Of a stretch of 64,000 nucleotides of DNA, positions 52,665 to 63,789 are shown one piece after another. Under the pieces are notes generated by a model. It searched no databases. It was given only the letters and a program-made list of their open reading frames with translations, and had not been told where the DNA came from. Both the position numbers and the translations under genes were made by a program. This stretch comes from Hypanus sabinus. Lineage: Eukaryota. The first letter of the stretch is position 1. The number at the start of each line of letters is the position of its first letter. Location: assembly GCF_030144855.1 (NCBI RefSeq), contig NC_082717.1, positions 104,966,001-105,030,000 of the forward strand. The letters are read 5' to 3'.

Positions 52665-53400
52665 ATCAAGTTCAAATTCAAGTTTATTGTCACCCGTCTG
52701 TACATGTATACAATCAAACAAAACCATGTTTCTCTGGACCAAGGTGCACTCACAAAACACGGCTGATAAAACAAAATATTACCACAAATGTTCTTAAAAC
52801 ATAATTCAAATTGCAGTTGTGCACAGCGCAGATAAATAGTAAACAGTACCGTAGACAGTAAACTGCTCGCTGTCTTAGTTATGAGACCCCGGTGGTGACA
52901 GGGCATTCATTAGTCTCACAGCCTGAGGGAAGAGGCTGTTACCCAGTCTGGCAGTCCTAGTCCTGACTCTCCTGTACCTGCATCCTGATGGTCGTGAGTC
53001 AAAGAGATTGTGGGATGGGTGGTAGGGATCCTCAACAATGCTTCAGGCCCTTCATCTATAACACTTCTGGAAAATGTCAGAAATAGAGGGGAGGGAGACC
53101 TCTCAGCAGTTTTTGTAGGGTCTTGCAGCTTCCGTACCGCAGAGTGATACAGACAGACAGGACACTCTGGATGATGCTCCTGCAAAAAGTTGTTAGAATG
53201 GGGACAGGGAACCTTGCACTTTCCTCAGAAAGTATAGGCACAGCTATGCCTTCTTGACAAATGAGGAGGTGTTATGGTCCAGGTTAGACTGTCCGTTATG
53301 TGCTCACCAAGGAATTCTGTGTTCTCCATTTTCTCCAAGGCAGAGCCATTGAGTTGCAATGAAGTGTGGCTGACCTATGCCTTCCTAAAGTCCACACTCA
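52665..53400 (-). mobile_element. Rex1/Babar-type LINE 3' fragment
   Basis: Minus strand LQEHHPECPVCL..., DPYHPSH/SGRRYR-like remnants; tail AATAAACTTGAATTTGAACTTG on the minus strand. Confidence 0.7.
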
Positions 53401-54919
53401 TGGGAAATGCATGTTTAATAAAGGTTCGTACAATGTGCAGATTTCTTTCAGCATGAGAGTGATTTTACTTTAAGTGCTTAATTGTTCAACTTTGTGCTAG
53501 ATTGTCTAAACTTTAGAGTTTCCATTTGTGGTTAAGAGCTATACACAAATAGCCCGGCCTGCCACACACCTGATTGGATAACCAGCAAACAGATTATCTA
53601 AATGGAGACGATACATAGATGAGTGAGATACTGGGGGATCCAGGAGTTATGACACAAATCACAACAAGTCAGCAGAGATGCAGCAACTTGGCTGTTACTG
53701 CAATAAGGTTGGAGCTTAGAAATGGGGAAATATTGTTAAAATTGTACAAGGTGCCGGTGAGGCCACAGCTGGAGTACTTTGGTAGCATGACTGGACAGAT
53801 GTTGAGATGTTTCTTCTTGTGGGAGAATCTTGGAGCAAGCACAGTTTCAAGATTAGGGGACTGACAGAGTTAAGAATTCCATTTTGCAGAGGGTGATGGA
53901 TCTCTGGGATTCTCTACCCCTGAGGTTTGTGGAGTCGGGATCACTGGGGCCCACGACGCTGTACACCCTATCAAGTCACCTCCCACCCTCCTGTGCTCTA
54001 CAGAGCAAAGCCCTGGCTTGTTCAACCTTTTTTCATAAGGCATGCCCTCTCCTTCAGCAACATCCTGTTCAGTCTCTTCCGCACTAAAATCCTTGTATTT
54101 TTTTTAAATACACCTGTGCATTCTGGTAATGTGCATTGCCCACCACAGGTCACGTAGGGGTGCTGCAACTCCGTGTTCTGGGTCCTGAGCAGCAGTTACT
54201 GTCCCTGTGGCCCCTCCATACGGTTCAGTATTTCACGGATAGTGTGTTTCAGGATGAGCTCATTCCCTCATCTCAAATGAATTCATTCAGTGAGAGAATG
54301 GATGGGTACCAGGTGGGGAAGAAAGAGTAACACACACACGAAATGCTGGAGGAACACAGCAGGCCAGGCAGCATGCACGGAGACTCAAAATATCAGCTGT
54401 TTTTTCCCTCTCCATAGATGCTGCCCACCCTGAATTTTGTGTACGCCGCTCTGGATTTCCAACATCAGCAGAAACTCGTGTGTTTAGACACGTAATAGTT
54501 CTCCTTGGAGAGTGCAGCCAGGGCCAAGAGAAAGGAGAAAGGCTGAAAGTGTGACTGTTGGGTGTGTTTAAGGTAAGTGAGAGGACAGGGGTTTCATAGT
54601 CCTATGATGGCAAAAGAAATACAGGAATGCTAGAAACGTGTCAAGAAAAGGAGCACTTTAGGTAAAAGAGCAAAGAGCGAGCTCCAGAACGGACAGCGGG
54701 AGGGGAAAGAACGTGTCCGGAACTTCAGACCAGTGCAGGGCGCCAGAGAGCGTCAGACCGCGGCGCTGCCGGACATCGCTAATTTGTTTGAACCTGAACT
54801 TGTCAAGTCACTGGTTTGCAAACTGGAGAAAATCCGCAGCAACGCGCGCACACGAGATGCCAGAGGAACTCAGAGAGATAAACACGGAAATGGTGGTGGT
54901 GGTGGGGGCAATTACCGGA

Positions 54920-55087
54920 TGTTCGAAAAATTGATGTTCATGCCGTCAGGTTGGAGGCTCCCTCGTTTGTGCTTGGATTTCCAGCATCGGCAGTTTGAGA
55001 TCAGAGCGTAAGGTGTCGCTCCTCCAACCTGAGTGCGGCCTCTTCGCGGCGGCAGAGGAGGCCCACGGACTGGCGTCGGAATGCGAG
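54920..55087 (-). mobile_element. Penelope GIY-YIG C-terminal fragment (GC-shifted copy)
   Basis: Reverse complement aligns with 49845-49980 (LRLEERHL...SLQPDGMNINFSN). Confidence 0.7.
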
Positions 55088-55116
55088 AATTGTTCTAGCC
55101 GGAGTGCTAATAGGGA

Positions 55117-56686
55117 CAAGCTCCCATCGCCTATCCAATGCTCCCGCTGGCCTGCGCCTCAAACTCCCATCACCTATCCAATGATCCCGGTGGCCTGCGC
55201 CTCAAACTCCCATCGCCTATCCAATGCTCCCGCTGGCCTGCGCCTCAAGCTCCCATCGCCTATCCAATGCTCCCGCTGGCCTGCGCCTCAAGCTCCCATC
55301 GACTATCCAATGATCCCGGTGGCGTGCGCCTCAAGCTCCCATCGCCTATCCAATGCTCCCGCTGGCCTGCGCCTCAAGCTCCCATCGCCTATCCAATGCT
55401 CCCGCTGGCCTGCGCCTCAAGCTCCCATCGCCTATCCAATGCTCCCGCTGGCCTGCGCCTCAAGCTCCCATCGCCTATCCAATGCTCCCGCTGGCCTGCG
55501 CCTCAAGCTCCCATCGCCTATCCAATGCTCCCGCTGGCCTGCGCCTCAAGCTCCCATCGCCTATCCAATGCTCCCGCTGGCCTGCGCCTCAAGCTCCCAT
55601 CGCCTATCCAATGCTCCCGCTGGCCTGCGCCTCAAGCTCCCATCGCCTATCCAATGCTCCCGCTGGCCTGCGCCTCAAGCTCCCATCGCTTATCCAATGA
55701 TCCCGGTGGCCTGCGCCTCAAGCTCCCATCGCCTATCCAATGCTCCCGCTGGCCTGCGCCTCAAGCTCCCATCGCCTATCCAATGCTCCCGCTGGCCTGC
55801 GCCTCGAGCTCCCATCGCCTATCCAATGATCCCGGTGGCGTGCGCCTCAAGCTCCCATCACCTATCCAATGCTCCCGCTGGCCTGCGCCTCAAGCTCCCA
55901 TCGCCTATCCAATGCTCCCGCTGGCCTGCGCCTCAAGCTCCCATCGCCTATCCAATGATCCCGGTGGCGTGCGCCTCAAGCTCCCATCACCTATCCAATG
56001 CTCCCGCTGGCCTGCGCCTCAAGCTCCCATCGCCTATCCAATGATCCCGGTGGCGTGCGCCTCAAGCTCCCATCGCCTATCCAATGCTCCCGCTGGCCTG
56101 CGCCTCAAGCTCCCATCGCCTATCCAATGCTCCCGCTGGCCTGCGCCTCAAGCTCCCATCGCCTATCCAATGCTCCCGCTGGCCTGCGCCTCAAGCTCCC
56201 ATCGCCTATCCAATGATCCCGGTGGCCTGTGCCTCAAGCTCCCATCACCTATCCAATGCTCCCGCTGGCCTGCGCCTCAAGCTCCCATCGCCTATCCAAT
56301 GCTCCCAGTGGCCTGCGCCTCAAGCTCCCATCGCCTATCCAATGCTCCCGCTGGCCTGCGCCTCAAGCTCCCATCACCTATCCAATGCTCCCGCTGGCCT
56401 GCGCCTCAAGCTCCCATCGCCTATCCAATGATCCCGCTGGCCTGCGCCTCAAGCTCCCATCGCCTATCCAATGCTCCCGCTGGCCTGCGCCTCAAGCTCC
56501 CATCGCCTATCCAATGATCCCGGTGGCCTGCGCCTCAAGCTCCCATCACCTATCCAATGATCCCGGTGGCCTGCGCCTCAAGCTCCCATCGCCTATCCAA
56601 TGATCCCGGTGGCCTGCGCCTCAAGCTCCCATCACCTATCCAATGATCCCGGTGGCCTGCGCCTCAAGCTCCCATCACCTATCCAA
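55117..56686. repeat. 43-bp GC-rich minisatellite, about 36.5 copies
   Basis: Unit CAAGCTCCCATCGCCTATCCAATGCTCCCGCTGGCCTGCGCCT with recurrent variants (GATCCCGGT; TCACC; GGCGTGC). Confidence 0.97.
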
Positions 56687-57963
56687 CGGTTCGACGCCTT
56701 ATCCGCTCCGAGAGGCAAGCTTTGGAGGAGCATATTTAGGAGACCTTTAGGCATCTGGATGTGTTCGAGCGTCCACTTCCCCTGCTGACACGGGATTTTT
56801 CTTTGTATCCAAGAAGGACGGCAGACTGAAACCAGGTATTGACTACAGGGTTTTGAAAAGTTAATTATTAAGAACTAAGTTAACTATTATCCACTTCCTC
56901 TTATGAACTATTACAGGGAGCGATGGTCTTCATGAATCCTGACCCCCGGGATGCCTACACCCGGATTCGAGAGGGAGATTAATGGAAGACGCTTTCAACA
57001 GTCCCAAAGGACATCGGCTGAACGCTCTATCGGTCTTTCGTATTTTTATCAACGGTGTACTCCCAGAAATACTCAACAACTTTTTGTTTGTCTCGGAGGA
57101 TATTCTCCTCTCCATCGCTTCAGGAGCAGATCTAACATGAGCGGAGTGTTCTTCATCATCTATTGGAGAAACAACTTTTTGTAAAACTTGAAGAGTGAGT
57201 TCCACGCCGCCGAAGTTTCTTTCCTTGGATTTGTCACTTCCATCGAGAAACTAGGGCCGGACCCAGAGAAGACCCAAGCAGTAAGGAATCGTCCACAGCC
57301 TACGTTAGTTAAAAAGCCCCAGCCTCTACACTCCTCCAATGGGATACCATTTTGGTTATAGTCTTCCCCTACACGCTGAGTAAGTCTGCGAGATGGGTGC
57401 CCCTATGGCCATTGAGTTAAGAGGTGTGGGCATACATGGTCAAAAGCAAGATCAGTATTAACGGCCAACTCTCAACACCAGGCTAATTGAGAGGCAACGA
57501 GCGGGTTTAGCTTTCCACTTGAGATCTTCCTCTGCGGGTGGAATCCCGGGATTTGGCTCCTAATGTATTGATCTTTTTAAAGTTCCAGGAGGAATCAATC
57601 CGATGACATACTGCCTACAATTACCACGGCATCTGAATTCTGCGTATTCATCTTGCCTCTAATGCTTCCCGCCTCAAGCCCGTACTGTCCTAGTCCCTCA
57701 GCTCCTGTTTCCAAGCCTCCTCCACAACCTCATTTTGACGACAGTCAACAAGTATACATGGTTTAACGATTGTTTTTCATGGTACATTAATGGCCTTTTG
57801 GACTTGGAGGGTTATGACCCGGAGGAGAATTGCTTCCCATAACATGTTGGACCCTCAGTTATTTCAGACTACGTAGCAGATATCCAGACCCCTCAGGTCC
57901 GACAGGTGCCGGTCATTGTCGTGGGGGGTGGGGTTGGTGGGGTGGGTGGGGGTTGCGGGCTCT

Positions 57964-58397
57964 TGTCATGAACTCTTCAGACCAGTGTGAGGCGCCAGAG
58001 AGCGGAAGGTCTCTGTACTCCCGACGCATCAAGAACATTCCACTTTGTTTTTAGCTAGAACTTGTCAAATGACAGGTTTAGTTGTTAAACTCGTGTTTTC
58101 ATGATGCTTGTTTTGAATGCGGGTTCTTTGTGCATCCTGTTTTGTTTTAGTTTATTGATCTTGATATGGATGGGGTTTCTGTGCTATATGCACTATTTAA
58201 TTTCGTCTCAACTAGTATTCATCGGATTCCGAACGAACTAACGTTTTGTGTGTACTCTAGCCCTCTCGAGCAAGTACAACAAGTCATTTGTTATTCCTGT
58301 TATGTTCTTCAAATAAATCATCGTTGTTACTTTTTCACCTTTTGAGTCTTGAGTTTTCTCTGCAGGCTGGGTGTGTTTGTCTGAAGATTTCGTTACA
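57964..58397 (+). repeat. 3' LTR of the decayed Gypsy (434 bp)
   Basis: TGTCATG...CGTTACA, AATAAA near 58312, preceded by a purine-rich tract. Confidence 0.75.
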
Positions 58398-59206
58398 GAC
58401 AAGGGGTCGAGCGGACTTTCGCTGGTAAATGGTGTTAACAGGGAATAAAGAAATGGTGTGCCAACTCTTAAGTATTTTGCACCACTATGGAAGACATTAG
58501 CAGTATGTCAGAAGTTCGAATGCAGGGTGGGGGCAGAAGTGAGTGTAATTGCTATTACTAAGGTGAGGTGTTTGGGAAGCTGAAAGGCCTGAAGGTAGAT
58601 AAGTCACCTGGACCAGGTGGACTACACACTAGGGTTCTGAAAGAGGTAGCTGAAGAGATTGCAGAGGCATTAATAGTGATCTTTCAATAATCACTAGATG
58701 CTGGAATAGTTTTGGAGGACTGGAAAATTGCAAATGTCACTACACTCTTTAAGAAGGGAGGGAGGCAAAAGCCAGTTAGCATGATTTCAGTGGCTGGGAA
58801 TATGTCGGAGTCCATTAAGGATGAGGTTTTGGGTGACTTGGAGCACGATAAAAATAGTCCAAAGTCAGCATGGCTTCCTTGGAAAATCTTGCCTGACAGA
58901 TCAGTTGGATTTCAAGGAAATAACAGAGGATAGACAAAGGAGAGTCTGTGGATGTTGTTTGTGTGGACTTTGAGAAGGCTTGTGACAAGGTGGTGCACAG
59001 TTAGCACCTTAAGATAAGAGCCCATGGTAATACAGGAAAGACACCAGCATGGGTAGAAGAAGCTGGGCTGAAAGGCTTGTTTTCATACTGGATTCAAGAC
59101 CATTTATTGCCACTCTTCAGTACACGAGTGTTCAAGAGAACAAAATGATTGTTAACCCCGACGTGATGCAGCATAAAAAACACAACAAGCATTAAAAAAC
59201 CAATTA

Positions 59207-60800
59207 AGACTTGGACAAGTCCAAAACATATGGATTAGTGAAGCTTCTCCATTATTACATCCATCACAATACGGAGATATATCCGCATAAAAACGAGACA
59301 GTTTATCTTTAGACATATGGGCTCTATGAACCACTTCAAATTGTAGAAGGGAATGATGGGCACATAACGATGAGGTATTAACCAGCTTAAAATTTTCATT
59401 CCAAGTGTCCTCAGAAATTGAAATCTGTAAATCTTGTTCCCAAAGGTTTTTAATTTTATCTAAAGGAATATTTCTCATTCCTAACAACGTACCATAAATA
59501 TTAGGTATAGATGCATTATAAAAGGGTTTCAAATTAAAAATATTATCATATAACCATATAATAATTACAGCACAGAAACAGGCCCTTCTAGTCCATGCCG
59601 AACGCTTACTCTCACCTAGTCCCACCGACCTGCGCTCAACCTATAACCCTCCATTCCTTTCCTGTCCATATACCTATCCAATTTTTTTTAAAATGACAAT
59701 ACCGAACCTGCCTCTACCACTTCTACTGGAAGCTCATTCCACACAGCTATCACTCCCTGAGTAAAGAAGTTCCCCGTCGTGTTACCCCCAAACTTTTGCC
59801 CCTTAACTCTCAACTCATGTCCTCTTGTTTGAATCTCCCCTACTCTCAATGGAAAAAGCCTACCCACATTAACTCTATCTATTCCCCTCATAATTTTAAA
59901 TACCTCTATCAAGTCCCCCCCTCAACCTTCTACGCTCCAAAGAATAAAGACCTAACTTGTTCAAGTAATTTTTTATCTGGACTTTTAAGAAATGTATGTA
60001 CTTGAGAATGCAAGAAGTCTCTAATTTATAAATATTGAAAAAATTGAGTTCTCGGTAGACTATACTTAACTGACAGTTGTTCAAATGAAGAGAGACTATC
60101 TCCAACAAACAAATCACGAAAACGTTTAATACCCAATGAATTCCACTCTTAAAAACTACATCAGACAAAGAAGGTTCAAAAATAGTTAGAAAAAATGGTT
60201 AAAAAAAGTCTTGAAAAGTATTGGATGGAAGTATTTCAAACTTTTTCAGTGCTTTTTAAAGTAAATTTTAAACCTAATCCTTTGACTGCCTTATTTGGTA
60301 TTGTTGGAGGAAATGTTATTATTTTGTAGACACACGATTTGCATATTTTGGCCTTTATTTCTCCTACAGCCAGGAGGACATTGTTGCTTAAGTGTTCTGT
60401 CTTGCTTAAATTTAGAGAAGATTCGCTGTTCAATTTCTGAACCTAGACAAGAATTTTTAACATTGTGGGGACCTTTTCCGAATTATTTTCAAAATCTTTG
60501 ATTTGCTATTAAGCACAGATGTTGGCTAATAATATGTTTTACTATATGTTAAGGATTGTTTCCTTTTCTTTTTTTTTAACCAAACAGCTGTTTTTTTCTG
60601 GTAGTGGGTTTAAATTTTTTTGTATAATAAAGTTATTTCTTTTCAATTTTATGTTTAAATTTAATCTATATGGAAATGGGGTAATTACACTTCATCTGTG
60701 ATTTCAATATATTGTAATCGATATATATGATATATCTTACTGTACCCTGTATTCTTTTAGATAAGAAATTAATAAAAAATATTGAAAAAGAAAGAAAAAA
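59207..60800 (+). mobile_element. L1-clade LINE with 5' inversion (inverted 59207-60206; forward 60207-60800) and poly(A)
   Basis: Inverted part reads on minus ...CDGCNNGEASLIHMFWTCPSL; forward part resumes SLEKYWMEVFQ; AATAAA plus A tail; flanks AAAAAACCAATTAA / AAAAAAACAATTAA. Confidence 0.85.
59550..59965 (-). mobile_element. CR1 3' fragment inserted inside the inverted L1 segment
   Basis: LGLYSLERRRLRG...EVFKIMRGIDRVNVGRLFP...FFTQGVIAVWNELP. Confidence 0.88.
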
Positions 60801-62174
60801 ACAATTAAATATAAACAATCCCATCAAACATTGTACAAGTAACTGTTTGAGTGTGGCTATACATACATAGGATTAGCTCATATTCACAGACTGGTTGTAT
60901 CTACATAATGTATTTTCTTTTGAGAAACTAACAGGAGGGGTAGACAAAGAATATTGTTTGCTTGGATTTTCAGAGGGCCTTTGACAGAGTAATGCACAGG
61001 GGAGGCCCCTCTGGTTGGGGTCAATCATGGATGTTGCATTCTGTCTGTCTGTGATATGCAAGCCTGGGCAGTCGAATGTGGAGAGCAAGCTGTTACCCAT
61101 GTAGCAGACTTTCCCTTCTCCACACAACTGTTGAATCCAAGGGAATGGTCGGGACTGCTACAGATCATGAGGCTGCTAAATAAGAGCCCATGTTATTACC
61201 GGAAAGATACTAGTATGGACAGAAGACTGACGATGCAAAGAGTGGGAATAAACGGGGTTTTTCTGGTTACTACCTGAGACCAGTCAAGCAACTGGCAGAT
61301 GGAATATGGTGTAGGAAAGTGCATGGTTTTCCATTTTTGTAGTAAGAATAAAAGTGTAGACTATATTTTCTAAATGAGCAATTTCAATAATCAGTTGCAA
61401 AGTGATCTGGGTGTTGTAGAGCAGGGTCCCTTGAAGGTTAACTTGCAGGTTGAGTTGGTAATAAGGAAAGTAAATGCAATATTGGCATTCATTATCAAAG
61501 GACTAGAATATAAAAGCCAGGACGTAATGCTGAGGCTTTATAAGGCATTGGTCAGACCCCACTTGGAGTATTGTGAGCAGTTTTGGGCCCCTTATCTAAG
61601 AAAGGATATGCTGGCATTGGAGAGGGCCCAGAGGTTTGCAAGAATGAACCTGGGAATTAAAGGTTTGATGTATCAAAAGTGAGCCTATACTCACTGAAGT
61701 TTAGAAGAACAAGTTAGGAATCTTATTGAAACCTACAGAATAATGAAAGGTCCAGATAGTGTGGATATGCAGAGAAAATTTCCTGAAGTGTGATAGTCTA
61801 GATCAGAGGGCACAGCCTCAGAATAGATAGATGTCCCTTTAGAACAGAAATGAGGACAAATTTCTTTAGTCAGAGGGTGGCAAATCTGTTGAATGCATTG
61901 CTATAGAAGTCTGTGGTGGCAAAGTCATTGGGTGCATTTAAAACGGACATTGCTAGGTTCTTGATTAGTGAGGTCATCAAAGGTTACAGTTGAGAGGGAA
62001 AATGAAGCGGTGTGGAAGAGCAGACAATGGGCTGAATGGCCTAAATCCGCTATGTTTTACCGTCTCTTATTGTCTTGTAAGTGATAGGGACTGAGGGTGT
62101 TTCAGAAAAGAGTACAGTATGTGAGAGCATGTAGGTAGATCAGAAGGAGAGAGAAAGGGACAGAGAATGAGTTC

Positions 62175-62460
62175 TTACCTGAATTTGGAGAACTCAGTGA
62201 TAACCCTATTGGGTTGTAAACCATCAGGTGGAACATGTGCTATTCTTGTGCTTTGCTTTTGGCCTCACCCTGGCAGAGCAGAGGCTGAGGACACACAGGT
62301 CAGTGTGGGAATGTGAAGGATAACAGGAGCTCCAGATGAGCCAGAGCAGACAGAGAGAAGTTGCTCTGCAAGTTTATGCTTGGTCTCTCCAATTGAGAGG
62401 AGGCACGCTGAGAACAATGAACACAATAGACGAGACTGGAAGAGATTCCAAAGAATCACT
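62175..62460 (-). mobile_element. Penelope GIY-YIG fragment
   Basis: LLSIGETKHKL (YIGET-like) plus a downstream EEHxF..GLQP remnant. Confidence 0.65.
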
Positions 62461-62871
62461 CTCAGAATAAAGAACCTATTTTAAAAGGTTCTGATGAAAC
62501 ATTCTGAAACATTGACTCTAATTTTCTTTGCACATAGGCTGACTGACTGACCATTTTCGGTTTTACTTTCAGAATGTCATCTTCAGATTAACACACGCAC
62601 AAAAGGCTGGTGGAACACAGCAGGTGAGGTGGCATCAATTGAGGGAAATAAACAGTCGATGTTTTGGGAAAGGTATCGGCCTGAAATGTCGACTGGTTAT
62701 TTCCTTCTATCAATACTGCTTGACCTGAATTCCTGAATTTTCTGTGTCTCGCTCTGGATTTCCAGCATCTACAGATTGTTTAATGTCTGAGATGAGGATA
62801 AAGATGTGCTCTACTTGTCACATGTACATTAAAACATACAGTGAAATGTGTCATTCATGGCAACAGCATAG

Positions 62872-62874
<3 letters not shown>

Positions 62875-62946
<72 letters not shown>
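62875..62946. repeat. (GT)n microsatellite, about 36 units, followed by a G run
   Basis: Directly visible. Confidence 0.98.
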
Positions 62947-62949
<3 letters not shown>

Positions 62950-63789
62950 GGGGGGGGGGTGGGGAGGGGGACAGGGGGTGGGCAGCCAGCATGGATATTA
63001 CTGACTACCAAAAACATTCTGCAGGAGAATGTTAACAGCTAGAAGCCAATGTCAATTTTTGTACCAATTATACAGGTAGAAAAGAAGGGCTGAAGATGAG
63101 CAGGAAAGTTTTTAAGGATTTAAAAAATTAAAAATTAGGACTTTGAATTTACATATTTTCAGATAACTTTCAAAAGCCAGTGGATCCAATGCAGATGAAT
63201 ATGCAAGGAAATGCTGCAGAAGGAAGAGGTTAAGACTGGTAGTTCAGTTCAGGAGAAGAATGGCCTTGTCCATGCTGAAGGATCATGACCATTTGTGAAT
63301 GGAACAAAAAACAATGCTGGAAGAACTCAACTGTGGAGGCAAAATGTGCAAGAAGACATTTAGGCTGAAACCCTACATCAATTAGTACTCAGTGCTGCCT
63401 TAGCCTGGAAGTTTGTGGCATAGATTTAAAGTCATTGATGGAACAAGCAGAGGGGAAATGATGAAAAAAAAATTCTACTCAAATTGCTGGAGTCGAAAAC
63501 TTACCGTTTTAAAGGGTGGTAGAGGTAGAATTCTTCATCACGGTTCGATAGGACTTTGTGTATTCAAAATAGCATGACCTTCAGTGTTGCCAATCAGCTG
63601 CTGAAAAAAAATTAGACTGACGAGATATTCGAACGGCACTGAGACGATTTGTAAATATTTAATATCATGACTTACTTGTTCTTGTATTTGAAGTTAAGTT
63701 GCTGTGGCTTAACTCATTCCTACCATCACGATCACTCATCTTTGAGCAGCGTGATTGTGCTATGTGCCAGTATTGGCAATTCTGTTGTT

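Larger units (their letters stand above)
54714..58397 (+). mobile_element. Heavily decayed Gypsy (Sushi/chromovirus-like) element: truncated 5' LTR, internal RT and integrase debris, 3' LTR
   Basis: TGTC.GAAC..TCAGACCAGTG..GGCGCCAGAGAGCG at both 54714 and 57964; [19 protein letters not shown] near 56790; G-rich PPT before 57964; 3' LTR ends GTTACA at 58397. Confidence 0.75.
58420..62060 (+). mobile_element. CR1 LINE ORF2 debris split by nested insertions (about 58420-59090 and 60910-62060)
   Basis: EDWKIANVTTLFKKGGR; VDFEKACDKV; LRLYKALVRPHLEYCEQFWAPYL. Confidence 0.8.

Noticed and set aside
55117-56686. CRISPR-like array (also considered for 36519-37023)
   Set aside because: Units are head-to-tail with no unique spacers, there are no cas genes, and the context is eukaryotic.
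54995-56788. Long ORFs (349 aa, 459 aa and others) with repeating peptides
   Set aside because: Artefacts of the 43-bp array: the unit is not a multiple of 3, the same peptide cycles through all frames, and variant units introduce TGA stops freely.
59155-59167. ACCCCGACGTGAT match to the tRNA-Trp PBS
   Set aside because: It lacks the TGG start and has no adjacent LTR; probably chance.
62744-63035. CV/HT-repeat ORFs
   Set aside because: Translations of the (GT)n microsatellite.
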